Part shown: positions 37,960-52,487 of the stretch, in pieces
Layout: the number at the start of each line of letters is the position of its first letter
Numbering within the stretch: the first letter of the stretch is position 1
Notes under the pieces: model-generated
Seen by the model: the letters and a program-made list of their open reading frames with translations, nothing else
What the model was told of the DNA's origin: nothing
Databases searched by the model: none
Assembly: GCA_038496445.1 (NCBI GenBank)
Contig: JALMLS010000015.1
Coordinates: 620,001-684,000, forward strand
From: Trichosphaerium sp. ATCC 40318
Lineage: Eukaryota > Protista > Tubulinea
DNA length: 64,000 nt
Direction: 5' to 3'
Position numbers and translations under genes: made by a program

Positions 37960-40900
37960 ATGTCAAAAAAACCAAGCGGAAATGCATTTGGGCTTGATAC
38001 TTCGTTTTTTGTCGGTGACAGCGCTTTGAAAGATGCTGAGGATAAGGTTAAAGCCGAACAGTCGAAGTTAATGAGTGGTGGGAGAAATAGTTGTAATTTG
38101 CGTATTTAACTTTTACAAGAGGGTGACATGAAGCGCCTTATAGCCGGGGCATTGGCAGATGTTAACGTTGATAACATAGAATTGACTGAAGACGATTTGA
38201 ACGATCCTAGCCTATTGGGAGAGTTAGATGAGCTTATGGGAACACCCAGTACGTAAAAACGAGAAATCACATCCGAACTAATGTAAACAGCTCCAAAACC
38301 ACAAACGTCAACGCCAAAAGTAGCACCAAAGGTTCAAAATGCGCCCCTTGTTGAAGAGAAACAACCACAAGCAGTAGACAACGCAAAAAAATTGGAGGAT
38401 GCCAACGCGCGTTTATTAGCTATGAAAAAAGAGTCTCTAGCATTAAACAAGGCTGGTACGTGCTTCAATTAATCACAGAATACATCAAACATGCTTCAAA
38501 TTACCCTGCGCGTCTTGTTATCACTGAGGATACAAGTTATCAATAATCGATAGCAGTAGTGGTCATTTTAGAATGTTTTATTAATGTAAGGCGTTGACAT
38601 TTTTTTTATGTAGGTAAGCGACAAGAAGCCTTGGAGGTCTTTCAACGAACTAAAAAACTAGAAAAATATATCAAGTCTCTTGAAAATCAAGTTGCTTCCT
38701 CACCTAAACCACAGCCAGCGCCTACAGTACAACCTCCTGCGCGTCAAGGTACAACCATTTCTTTACTCATTTTTTTGTTCAATTGGTGATGAAGTGTTAA
38801 TCGTTTTGGCTTTATTAGGCAATGTTGGTCAACCATTTCAGCAGTCATCGATTCCTAGCGCTACAAAGCCTTTAACAAAACCAATCCATGTTCCTGTTCC
38901 TGTGGTTTCACCAAAACAAGGAAGAACTATGAATGTCAGTCCATCACAAGAGCCTCCTCAAAAAAGTAAGATTTTTTTTTTCTGTTGTTGTTTAAAGTGT
39001 AGCCTATCCTTAAACCATTTTCGTATTAAAGTTTGCTTACCTAATTAATTAAGGGCAACGTTTGACTGAGGACACCGCACCACCAGTTCAAAATAGCATG
39101 ATACCAATCATTCAAGAGCGTATGGATGAATTTCAAAATAAGGCTGTTCACTTATACTCAAATGGTCATAAACAGCTTGGTATTGAGTATTTTAAATATA
39201 AAAAGCAGTTGCAGGTTCTTTTAGACCGTGCAATTGCTGGCGAGGAAATAAGTACGCACCCTTTTTTTAAATCAGTTCTCATTTCTTTCTTACCTAATGG
39301 CGTTTGAGTCTTCCTTTCTTGTGTTTGGTTCGCTTTTGTTTCTTCTTTCTTATTGTATCTTTAGCTATGAAGGATTTGCCTCCAACTGTAAAAGAGTTAG
39401 AAGAGCAAGAATTAGAGTCTTTGATAGATGGTGGTGATATTCCTATCCCTGAAGTTGGTAATAAAAATGTTAAAGAGTTTAATGAATTACGTGCAGCTTT
39501 GAACAAACAAAGAGAAGCTGCTCACGAGAGTGCATTGGTACAATTTTTATTTTTTGGTTACATAAATCACGTGTTAATGGCCTTCTTGTTCGTAGAATTT
39601 CTTGCGAAAAAATGATAAAACAAAAGCAAAACAATGGTTGGGACAAAGGAAGTTACATGAGATGAATCTTGAAAACCTAGAAGCTGCACATGCATTACCT
39701 GGTTCTCCTTTACCAAAGTACTTACTTCTATAATTTTCTTTGTATCTTATTATTTTGTATCTGTTTTAATAGCTTGTATCTTATACCTCTTATCTTAGGT
39801 ATCGTTGGGATGTATCAGAAAGAAAAGTAAGACTACACTTAACAAAAGAATTAATTTGTTAAACTTTGTGTTCAATAGGTTGTTGTAATGGAGAAGGACT
39901 TATCACCTCATGAAGTTGAGCTATCGGTTCTTTATGCAAAGTTTTTGAAGTTACCGAAAGGTGAAACAACTGCAGAGACTTATGTAACTGCAGACTTGAA
40001 TTTCCATAATGATTTTCAGTATCAGCTTAAGACAAATACTATAAAGAGTGATCACAGTCCTGGTACGTAGTATTAGCTTAATATTCAATGTAAAGTAAGG
40101 AAGCTTATTGATGTATCTAGCGTACGGATATACAAAGAAATATCAATGTGATAAGCGCAGACAAAAGTCTTTTGCACAAAGAAAGAAGATTATTTTTGAG
40201 ATTTACACAGCAAAAGGATGGTTATGGAAGAGTGCTGTTCTACTTGGAAAAGCAGAATGTAGACCTACAGGGCTACTCACAGAACCTTCAGTCACTCTAA
40301 AACTACCAGTACGTCCAAACTTTGTGAAAACAACTTTTTTCCTCGTTTTTGTTTTTTTGAAAGGAAAACTATCTTCTTTCGTTTATCTCGTGCACTTTCA
40401 TGAAGCTATTTTTGTTTTCTTATAATAATCGAACATGTTACTCAATACAGGTTATAGGTAATGGCTGGTAGAAAGCATACAGGAGGGTTTTTATTTGTTA
40501 AACTAAGAATTCAACAACCCGCTGACAAACAAAACGTCAAAATCATAAAAACAAAAACACTTGTAATAGAAGAACGTGTTGACTTGACAAAATATCAACA
40601 ACAACAAAAGCAACCAGTAGCTACCCTTAGACCAACTCAACCAGCACCACAGAGGCCTACACCACAACGAAAACCAACACCAGTTCAGGTGCGTTAAGTC
40701 ACTCTTGTTTTCATGCTGTTTGCCTTTATTGTGTTTTTCTTGTATTTTAACGCTGTTTAGGCACCTCCTGCACGTGTACCACCAAAAAAAGTTGAGACGA
40801 AACCTGCACAAACACCTGTGAACAAACCTACCCCTAAAAAGGCTGCACCTCCGAAACAAACCCCTACACAGCCTCAAAAAGCTGTGGTGAAACCAGTGAG

Positions 40901-41483
40901 TGCTCCAGTTGCTCCAGGAACACCGAAAGCACCTGCCGGAAAGAAAGTATTACCTTACACCAGGTTCGAACACATTTTTCTGATTAGACGAGGTTTTATT
41001 CTTTTTGAGTACTCATTCCTTTGTCTAGTATCGATCGTCTTGTTAGCAATGCAGTGTTAGAGCACGAGAGTGCTACACTAGCAGCCAAAATAGTTAAAGC
41101 AAAGAGAGAAAAGAAACCTACAGATGACTTAGAGATTAAGAAACAACAAATTGATTTCAAGTGTCAATTTCTTATTGTTCAAGTTCAAACTGGTGCATTA
41201 ACAGAAGATGTACGTTATCTATTTTTATTTGCTTCTTTCTTCACATAAACTGTCTAACATCTGTTCTAGGGCTACGTCAATATGATTAACGAAGCTATTG
41301 CTGAAGAAAAACGTTATGCGCAAATATTTCAAAAAGAAGGAAAAACAGCTTTGTTGAAGTTGGCACTTCACAGGTAATATCACGTGTTTCTATGGCCGCT
41401 TTTCTTCCTCCTTTTTTTTTAATGGTATTTATTTGTTTGATAGGATTGATTTAATGGACAAAGAACTAAAGGGTGAGGCTTGA
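37960..41483 (+). CDS. CC2D1/Lethal giant discs-like protein (DM14-like repeats, C2 domain)
   Basis: Helical repeats (ALNKAGKRQEALEVFQRTKKLE), C2-like exons (KKIIFEIYTAKGWLWKSAVLLG; GRKHTGGFLFVKLRIQQP), C-terminal LVSNAVLEHE and QTGALT. Confidence 0.75.
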
Positions 41484-41713
41484 TTCAATCCTCACAGTGT
41501 TGTATAAAAATTATCTTTGATGTAAATAAAATTGATATCTTATCGCTACGTGTAGTGTATATGAAGCTACAACTGAGTTAGCCCACAAACAAAAACCCTT
41601 CATTATACTCTTCGACGGTTTAGCTCTTATGAGCGCAATGCAAGGTGGTTTGTTGAGACGCAATGTAACAAAGGTTTTTATTGCGTTTTGTTAGTGTCTT
41701 TGCTTCTACTCCT

Positions 41714-42655
41714 CTAGTTTTCCATGTATTTTGAGAGAAACTCTGATATGTGCTTAAGTGACACGAGCGCTTCTGGTAGCTCGGGGTACCATTCAAATAC
41801 ATGCCACACTCCTTCTGTTATTTGTAAATCAACCACAATATTTTTCTTTTTGATCTTTTCAGCAAGCCTGGTACAATCACTCAATAAGATATCACGTGTA
41901 CCAGTAGATATTGTTGTTGGAGGGAAATTACTTGGAATATCTAAAAATAGAGGTGATATTTGAGGATTCTCTGGAGCAATCTTTCCACTGTAAGCGATAC
42001 TTGCTGGTTTTAAGAAATGATCTACTGATAATGTTGGATCATCAACTGACTTGTGACTTTCTCCGCTATGACTCAAATCTATCCATGGAGATAGAAGAGC
42101 AAGTGCTTTTGGTGGCGGTAAGCTTTCTTTGGTAATAGCGTTTATGACTAAACCGAGAGCAAGGTTTCCTCCAGCGGATTCACCGACAACAATGACTTTT
42201 TGCTTTTTGATCAGAGAGCGGTATACTGCCATTGCGTCATTACATGCTGATGGGAATGGTTTCTCAGGCGCCAAACTATATCTAGGTACGCATACGCGCC
42301 GATGAGTCATATCAGCTATCTGAGAAGTCATGGACAGATCATCTTCTGGACATCCTAATATGAAACCGCCTCCAAAAAAATACAGAATAATTTCTTCGCC
42401 ATGTGTTTCTTTTGGTATAACCCATTGAACAGAGACACCATTTATAACTTCATCCTTTGTTACTATTTTTAGCTTTTCTTTAGTTTCAAGGCAGCCCTTG
42501 GCGGATACTTCTGAGTTATCTTTTCGAAGATAATCTATACCTTCAGGTGAAAGATCTATTGGCTCAAAGTCTGCTCCAAGTGTATTTTCGATAAATTGTT
42601 GCGCTTGTTTGCTTACACCATTACACCGCGTTGGTTTTATTTCTAATGTAGCCAT
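41714..42655 (-). CDS. HSL-family alpha/beta hydrolase (esterase/lipase), intronless
   Basis: YFFGGGF oxyanion motif, YSLAPEKPFP, GESAGG, LSPW, GTRDIL, GVWHVF. Confidence 0.9.
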   Translation of the reverse strand: MATLEIKPTRCNGVSKQAQQFIENTLGADFEPIDLSPEGIDYLRKDNSEVSAKGCLETKEKLKIVTKDEVINGVSVQWVIPKETHGEEIILYFFGGGFILGCPEDDLSMTSQIADMTHRRVCVPRYSLAPEKPFPSACNDAMAVYRSLIKKQKVIVVGESAGGNLALGLVINAITKESLPPPKALALLSPWIDLSHSGESHKSVDDPTLSVDHFLKPASIAYSGKIAPENPQISPLFLDIPSNFPPTTISTGTRDILLSDCTRLAEKIKKKNIVVDLQITEGVWHVFEWYPELPEALVSLKHISEFLSKYMEN

Positions 42656-43506
42656 TTAATTCGTATTGGGTTTTGTGGGCTCAATGCGGTGCTTGGTTGT
42701 TATAAATATGAGAGGTATGGGTTACGATAATTTTCTAAACTATTTCCTGATTGTGACGGGACTTAACCAACTTGATTCACGTGATGCTTTAGGCACATGA
42801 AATATAACAATACTCTGCACATTTTCGTAAACGTCAGTAAGTATCTTTGTGGAAACACGTTGTCTTAACTGAAACAGTGAAAATGAAATTTTTAAACACA
42901 ACTGGTATTCGAATTTTTTATGTTGCTCTACTAGAGTACGACCTAGAATTTTGCTACAAACTGTTGCAAATTGGAAATGTAAATTCTGAAATATTTCACT
43001 TTTGATCAAAAAGTGTTAACAATTTCAGTTGTCCATACCATCTCTTTTCGGTAACATTTTCATGTTTCAATATGAGCCACTTTAAGCTGTTGAGACAATT
43101 TTCGATCATTTCAAACCAATTATTGTTTATATACAACTTGTACCCCGTTTACTTTTAATGTGGTAAGTACACAATGAGGTCATGTACCAGTGGCTAGTGT
43201 TGGGCACCTAGGATTGTATTTCGGTCGCTTACTGGTAGTGGTTGTAGTCAGCAACAGAAGTAGTACTGTAAAAAATGTTTCAAACGATCATTATTTTATA
43301 ATCTCAAGAACTAAATCTTGTAGTCGGCTAAGCGGCTGAAGCACCTCTACTAGTTCCTCGTTTATTCCGTGACCTCAATTTCAAACGTCATGTCCAAACA
43401 CTATACATTCAGCTGTTTTGGGCAGAACAAAGTCAGAGTTGACCTGCAATGAACTCTAAAGTTAACTTCCACCACCACCAACTAACAGGGCTTGTCGCAA
43501 TATACA

Positions 43507-44906
43507 ATGGAGAACGTATTCAATGTTCCAGAAACGTTGTTGGCGGTTATGGAGCAAACAAAGAGTTTTAAAGCGATCATAGCCTTCTCAACCACTCACA
43601 AGCAAGCTCGTGACATAATATGTTCTCAAAAGAATACAAAACAATTATTCAAAGCTCAATGGGACAATCCTTTGTTTTATGGTCCAATTCGCGAATGGCC
43701 AACGAAACTTGGAGGTACTGACATATCCAAGTTTGATGGCTTACAATACCTTTGTTTTGCGCGTCACTTGGAGAAACAATATCAGGTATGTCAGGTCAAA
43801 TTGATGTAACGCACGTGTAGAATTACTAACACGTGTAATTTAAGAGTGAGTGCAGAATAAAAGATAAAGTTTTTGATATTAAAACTGGCGACCTGATATC
43901 TTCATCACCTCCTCCTTCTCTGGATTATTATCATGGTCCTATTTTCGACAAAGATTCATGGAAGAAAATTACAAAGGGAATGTTATTCGATATTGGTGAT
44001 ATCGTCCTAAGTCAAGAACCAACAGCATACATTGGGTTTTGTAAAAAAACCAAGAAAAAAGTATGGCAAATTCAAAACCCTGGTTTTGTAAGATCAATTG
44101 ACGATCAAAGTGCCACCATGGTTTTGGCAAATGGTAACCAATGGAGAGGTTTAAAGAAGAGAGATATGTGTGCTGTAAATCTGAAGGATGGTACGACACA
44201 GGTTGAAACCAAGAGTGAAAACAACTTTAGTTGCTTCTTTTTTGTTTATCATTCGTGTCATTAAAGATTGTTTATTTTAGGTTCTACAATGTGGACCATT
44301 GATATAATTCATTTATGCCCTCCTGGAAAATACCCACGCACATTGAGACTGAAGGATAAATTCATCTACATTCAGGATTCCCAAACAGAAAATACAACTG
44401 TTGTGATTGATATCCAAACTGGCAAACAAGTCGGTGTGCTGAACCATCATGTACATCAAATTACTTCTAGAAATGATTACTTAATTATGATGAATAATAA
44501 GTTTGTGTACAAGTACAAGGAAGACAACAATATATTTAATCTGGTTTGGAAGACAGAAATTACAACTGGAAGCAAAGTTGATTATTATTTTTCAGATGAG
44601 TCTATTCTATTGGTGACGTTTAGTGCTTTCTCTGACAGTGGTGTAGGCTTGATTTTTATTAACAAAGAGGGCAATATCGCCTCTCAAATATTCGTAGATA
44701 GTGCAGGTGTTGAACATAGCGAGTACTATCATTCTGTTTCAATTCAAATCAGAGGAAAGCAAGGTATAATTGTACAATCAAAAGGATCTTCTGCAATAGT
44801 GTGTGAGTATATTGGATGGGATGGTTTGAAAAAGTGGAGATATAATAGTGCACAGATGAGAATGAGGAAAGAAGCAGTTTTCCATTGTCAGCACACATGT
44901 ATTTAG
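43507..44906 (+). CDS. F-box-like + beta-propeller protein (copy 2), 3 exons
   Basis: Paralog of 28734-30091. Confidence 0.65.
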
Positions 44907-45029
44907 TTTGAGGATTAGTTACGTGACTTGTAAATAAAGAAAACACAAGTGTTTTTTGTTTACACTTGAAGTGTGTACATGTGCACCTAATAAAATACCA
45001 TGGTCGCTGCGATATATTGTTTTTGTTGC

Positions 45030-45255
45030 CTTGCATTGAAACATAACAGATGAAGTTATTAAAGTGTTTAAAGGTGTTCATGAAATTGACCTGCGAAACA
45101 CTGGGATTACAGACAACTGTATTAAATCTCTAAAAGGGCATTTATAGGATTAATATTAACCTTAGTAATTATAATGCAACACAAGAAGGAGACAATTACT
45201 GGAAGTCTCACATGTCTATACAATCAACGGGTATAAAAGACAGCAACCAAGTAAA
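45030..45255 (+). pseudogene. 3' remnant of an F-box-LRR gene
   Basis: ITDEVIKVFKGVHEIDL..ITDNCIKSLK then frameshifts; aligns with the 3' end and flank of 27098-28443; no 5' part. Confidence 0.75.
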
Positions 45256-45445
45256 ACGAAGTAGAAATACAATCACGAGTACACATACATGACCCTTACT
45301 CTAAGGTGGTATAAATCCTTCCAATATAACAGATACTTTATACCTGATTACCAGATCAGCTGTACTCAAAGACTAATGCACTTAACTTGAAATTATACCA
45401 ACTAATTAGGTTGACTGGTTGTTTCATTATAAAGCGCGCAAGTTG

Positions 45446-46885
<1,440 letters not shown>

Positions 46886-47313
46886 AAACAAATCATTCGA
46901 ACAAAAAAAGTGTATCACGTGCAACTCAAGCAGATAAACCGGTGATTTATTTACAATTATACATTTCATGAATACCAACGAACCAGCTTCATATGTACAT
47001 CCTTTCAACTGTGCTCGCGGTGTAATGATTGCTATGATACGTTTCTCCTTCATTACGCTTACCACCACAACAAATTTTGGTTCTGATTAACTCGGTTGTA
47101 CCGGTATGAGTGACCAATTTTTATATTAGGTTCTATTAAGAAATTGTGAGATTGTGTCAACTCAATATTGTATAGACGTACCTTGTAACGGTGTACTCCT
47201 ATTGTAGTGTATCTATGCCATAAAGAATTAGTACCAGAAACAACACATAAAAGCTTACCCTAAATTGTGTATTAGTTTTCCCCTTTGTCCATGTATCAAC
47301 ACAAGAATCAATG

Positions 47314-47556
47314 TCAGGTTGTTTTATACTTAAGTAAGGTCAGTTTACGTTTTGTTCTTAGTGGTGCCAGAGTTGCGTACCTCAATGAGTCAAAGTTACA
47401 GCTTAGTCGAAGACCTCTTGATCTCCTATTGTTCATTTGGATCTGCATCTCGACAAGTGCTATATTTTCGAGAAGAGCTGCTTTTTTCTCTTCAAGTTCA
47501 CGAACACGTGATAGAAGATATTGTTCTTTTTCAGTGCGTAGATGAGTTGCTTGCAT
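47314..47556 (-). CDS. Small coiled-coil hypothetical protein (probably continues in further exons)
   Basis: LLSRVRELEEKKAALLENIALVEMQI heptads; GTACGC donor inside the ORF. Confidence 0.35.
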   Translation of the reverse strand: MQATHLRTEKEQYLLSRVRELEEKKAALLENIALVEMQIQMNNRRSRGLRLSCNFDSLRYATLAPLRTKRKLTLLKYKTT

Positions 47557-48063
47557 TGTGTTAATCCGGGTAAAATAGATAGTGGTATAACCGGTGGAAA
47601 CTTAAACATTTTTAGAAAGCGTCAAATACGTCAATGGATATCGCTAACAGACGTCACTTGAAACCACAACATTATCCTACGCGTTGGTTAGTCAAACGGT
47701 ACGTATACGAGTTTGGTGAGGTGCAATCGTTTTAAAAGAACGAAAGCGCAGCAAGACGTCCTGGTATCGAGTGTAGAAGCACCGCCTGTGGTAATAGACA
47801 ATTAATTGTCTATTATGACGGTTGGTCACGTCGTTATGAACAAATCACGTTTTAAACACGTGATAAGCGAAAACAAGTTTGAGATTAATTATTAGATGTT
47901 ATTATGTTACATTATTTTGTTTTACGTCATTCTATGGTCTTCGTAGATCCTTCAGGTTGATATTAAGAGTTTTTTGTACAAGGCGCTTTTGAGCAAAAGA
48001 AGCTTTCGCGAGTTTTTTTTTTTGCGCTCCAAGTGTATTTTGAAAGCGTGACTTTTCGGCGTC

Positions 48064-48886
48064 TCAGACTAATTTGCATTTCTTTCTTCGTCGTCTCCTT
48101 ACTTTACATCCTTTCTTCGTTGTTGTAGTTCCTCAGAACGTCTAATATTCCGGACAAGCTCCGAAAAAACTTCCTCAACATTATGACCCGTTTTGGCGGA
48201 GGCTTCAAAGAAGGAAGCTTTAATACTCTTTGCAAAATCCCTTCCTGCGCTCGAAGAGACCTTCCTTTGTTTCTTTAGATCACACTTATTACCGACAACA
48301 ACTATAGGCATGTCATCTCGTTTTAACTCGTCAATAATCCTGTTGACATATTTTCGAAGATCGCGGAGTGTTTCTTTTTCTGTAATACTGTACACCAAAA
48401 TAAATCCTTTTGAGCTCTTCACATACTATGAACAACTAATTAATACTAAGAAACAAACCAAGGTCACCTTTGTTTATATGCTTGTTTTTCAAAAGAAGTT
48501 TCACGTTTGAAGCCCAAACAACATTAGTTGCTGTGGACTTGTTGTTTTTTTTTTTTTTGGTGTTCCAAAGATTTTTTGTTGTTGTTTGGAAGAGTTTAAC
48601 GTACCATATTTTGAAGCGCCGAGAACGCCTCTTGTCCAGCAGTGTCTAGAATATCGAGGAGTGTCACCTGACTATCAACTGATAAAACTTTACGGTAGGC
48701 ATCCTCAATTGTTGGGTCTATATGATAACATTAGTTCCCTGGTAGGCATAGGACGTCCTCCTATGAACAAATCGTACCGTAGTCGATGACAAAGTGATTA
48801 TTTACAAAGCGAATAGTAATAGCAGTTTTACCAACACCACTTGCTCCGAATACTGCGACGGAGCTATTACTAATAAGTTGCGACAT
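48064..48886 (-). CDS. Ras-family GTPase, 3 exons; polybasic-CAAX tail lies in the -1 frame
   Basis: [10 protein letters not shown]|PTIEDAY, DTAGQE, NKCD, EASAK; frame-0 stop at 48099, [14 protein letters not shown] ends at 48064. Confidence 0.9.
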
Positions 48887-49240
48887 TTTGTGTATCCCAA
48901 GTAATATTTATTGTGTTTTTTTTTGAAGACGTTTACGGTTTTACTTTGACTATTTTCCGTGAAAATACTCAGTGAGTTTACAGGTTTAGGTTCTTACCAG
49001 GCCATATTAGTCAAATTAAATACGAGTCACCAATAAAATGCTTGTTACGTGTACTTGTGATAGAAAGAACTTAATAATTTTAACAGAATAATTTTCGTGA
49101 TTACCTTTTTTTATTTTCAGCTTCCCACGTGATGTTGCTACGCAGAAAACATTTAAAATTATTTTCAAACTGTTTTTATCTACAGTTTCCACTTGCTTTA
49201 ATTGAGTTGGAGAGGAATCATAAATGATGCTGAATACGGG

Positions 49241-50419
49241 CTAATGCTGTTTATTTTCAGTACTTTTTTTTGTTTTAGTCACTTTAGCTTTTTTCTTTCG
49301 TGGTGGATCAGGTGCGAAAGCAGAAGGACATAAACCATCAGAAAGGGTACATTGAGTACACTTTGCTCCTCTAGGAGAGCAGATAGTCTGACCAAACCCA
49401 ACAAACAAGTGGTTAATACCACCTTTTCCCCAATGAGCTTTAGGCAGCCACTCTTCGAGATCTTTTCTTGTTTGCTCTGCAGAGTTTGTCTTAGGAACCC
49501 ACCCAAGGCGCCCACAAATTCTATTAACGTGAATGTCAACACCAATACCAATTGGTCTAAAACAAAGCAACAGGTGTTAATAACTTGTGAATTGAATACT
49601 GTACGTACTTATCCCAAGCGTATGCCATTATCAAAAACGCAGTTTTTTTGCCAACGCCTGGTAATGAAACAAGTCCTTAAGACAAGTTAGACCTTAGATA
49701 CCACCTTCCATGTACCTTTGAGTGTACTAGGTATATCACCATCATAGTCATCTATAATAATTGAAGAGAGGTTCTGTAAACATCAGATTATCAAAAACAC
49801 AGTAGCAACGTGATTACACTTACTTTCAAATACTGAACTTTTTTGTTGTAGAACGCTACACCAATAAGCATCTCTCCAATTGTGTCGTCTTCTGTATCAA
49901 TGATATTCTGAGGAGTAAGTCCATGTTCTAGAAGCTTCCACGAAAATTTAGAAACAATCGTCTTTTGGCATGCGACAAACCTTTGTCATAGCTCTGTTCA
50001 TCATTGCGTCTTTTGTTTGCGATGACAACATTATAGCAATCAAAAGATGAAATCTGCTTTCTTTTTGTGGGTATCCGCCCTCCATCCACCTATCACATCC
50101 CATTTCATCCTTAGAAACACAAGTTAATGTTTGCCACGAAGAATCGGATAAACCGGAATCTGATGGTTCAACCCTTGGATTGTACTTACAACGGGTGCAG
50201 TAGTTCTTTTTCTCAACTCTGTGATGGCTTCGTATTGTTTTAACCAGCCTTTTGGCTCTACAGCTAAGTTTAGCTTAAAACGGCTACAAAAAATTAAACA
50301 ACGCTACCATTAGTCTTACCTTTGCTTCCGTCATCGGTTTTTGACTCGTATTCTATGTTTATCAACTTTCGCTTTTTGTTTGGTTTAGTTTTCGTTGATG
50401 GCTTTGTTGCTTCTTCCAT
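49241..50419 (-). CDS. NTH1: Endonuclease III-like DNA glycosylase
   Basis: MLSSQTKD, VAFYNKK, HhH LPGVGKKTA, IGVDIHVNRI, 4Fe-4S CSPRGAKCTQC..LC. Confidence 0.92.
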
Positions 50420-50860
50420 TGTCTATTTTATAAGTAGCTTCGTACGTTGGGATATAATTTGTGAAATACAACGCTAGTAGAAGCTGATAAGTTGGCTCTT
50501 TTTCTATTAGAATGCAAAGTATTCACTGAACTCTAGTTTAGTTTTAACTTGTTCGCTTGTCAATAAACAAATATTGTACTGTATAAATACCCTCTACACA
50601 ATGTATAAATCGTGTTCGTACTGTGTATGGATTATAAAGCGCCTACACGATAGAATATTCCCAGTAAAACCATTATTACTGAAAAATTGACTTGTATTTA
50701 GTAGAAAACTCGATATTTCCATAAATCACGTTGGTAGTTGAATTCACTACTGCAAGACTCAAGCACTATTTCTTGGTACCTTGTGACTAGACCATGGTAC
50801 ATGATGTAGACGCAAAACAAAAAATACTTACATTTATTAATACTTACATACATCCAGTTT

Positions 50861-51427
50861 TTACCAGACATATTGAAACTGTTTCCACAAGTTACCATTA
50901 TCATACCACTTCTTACACTCTCCTTCACGTCTATCATTAACATAATTGCTCTTTTCAACCAACTGTCCTATGTAATTCCATTTCTTATACTCTCCTTCTC
51001 TCTTGCCATTGACATATTGGCAATGCTCCCATAGCTGACCATTATCACACCAGTTTTTACAATCTCCTTCGAGTTTGCCTTTGACATATTGACATTGTGT
51101 CCTCAATTTACCATTGATCCACCACACTTGGCTCTCTCCGTGTGCTACGCCATTGATATAAGTGCGCTTCTCATAGATTCTTCCGTTGGGGTGCCACTTC
51201 TTGTACTCTCCGTGTAGCTTTCCATCTCGGAAAAAACACTCGACGCGATTTATTTCTACATGGGCAAAAGGCTGCTTAATCCATTTTCCATGCTTTCTTA
51301 AGTCAGTGTTAAACCTAGTCGTAATAGCCGTGTGTTTTGAAAGGAGAGGTAATTTTATATATCCCTCGTAGTCTACGTTGGTAATTTCAAGGTGCATATC
51401 TTTAGGGAGGTTCAAAAGGCAGAGCAT
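50861..51427 (-). CDS. F-box-like + MORN-variant (YwqK-type) repeat protein, intronless
   Basis: LNLPKDMHLEI N-terminus; 24-aa repeats GKLHGEYKKWHPNG; final repeat degenerate. Confidence 0.8.
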   Translation of the reverse strand: MLCLLNLPKDMHLEITNVDYEGYIKLPLLSKHTAITTRFNTDLRKHGKWIKQPFAHVEINRVECFFRDGKLHGEYKKWHPNGRIYEKRTYINGVAHGESQVWWINGKLRTQCQYVKGKLEGDCKNWCDNGQLWEHCQYVNGKREGEYKKWNYIGQLVEKSNYVNDRREGECKKWYDNGNLWKQFQYVW

Positions 51428-52142
51428 CTAAACCGTAACTAAGAGGGTAACATTGATCTGATACTAAACTACGGACCTTTTATATCTTAAAGATCTTGCG
51501 TACAGGAAGGATATTTATGTTTTCAAGGCGCCTAGATGCAGTAGCTGTCTAAAGGTTGGAGAATTTGATTATTTTGAGAGCTAAGTTTAGGCACACTTAA
51601 ACAAAATGCTAAGTTACGGCAGTAACATTTGCTGTATTTAGATAAAAAGAGTGTGAGTTGTATCGATAAAATCAGCGTACCGGAGATGTAATTTGAATTA
51701 ACTTCAACTTTTTATCTATAAATACATAACAAAAAACTACGTTTATTCGATGACGAAGAAAGTAAAATATGTGGACGGAGATAATAGCGGTCAAAAAAGA
51801 TCCGGAGACAGGTAAATGCTGAAGCTATTACTATTTCTACACGGTAAAAACTATACTTTATTTTTAGTTAGGCTACTGGTATACTACGTAAGATAAGAAC
51901 GAATAAAAAATAAAACGCAAATAAAATACAGTCTCGAAACAGCGTGCTCAATAATTTTAAGAAAACCATTATCTATGTCTGCCCTCGTATTGGCACATGT
52001 GACATCCGAAAGGGTAGCCATGTGACTATTTGTTCGTGCTACGTTGAAAAAAAAACTCGTTAAGTTGTTTAGTAATTCATGTGGATTACGCGAAAGAATT
52101 CTACATTGTTGATATTGAATTGACTTATGGCTATTGATTCGT

Positions 52143-52245
52143 TCACTTTCTGAGAGACCAAGGCACAATTGCCTTTCGGAGAGGTTTGTCCACAAATACA
52201 GAAATGATGGTATCTGTTCCAACAACAATGTAGTGATATGATACC
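52143..52245 (-). pseudogene. Detached copy of the surface-protein terminal exon
   Basis: Matches 52540-52600 (..KPLRKAIVPWSLR). Confidence 0.55.
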
Positions 52246-52487
52246 TGGTATAATGGGCGCTGGAGAAAGTGCCATTTCTGTGAAGCTGCACGTTGTCCAG
52301 AGTGTTCAGCCGTTGTTTGGACAAAGGAACATTGACGTGGGACGGTAGAAAAATTCGAGAAAATATTTTGAAAACGTTGAGGAAAAAAGAAACGATTTTG
52401 GCCTTGTGATTAAATAAACACGAGGCAAGATATCTTCTGATGGCTTTTGTACGCATAAAAAGTTAGATTGTATGTTTTATTTTATAG

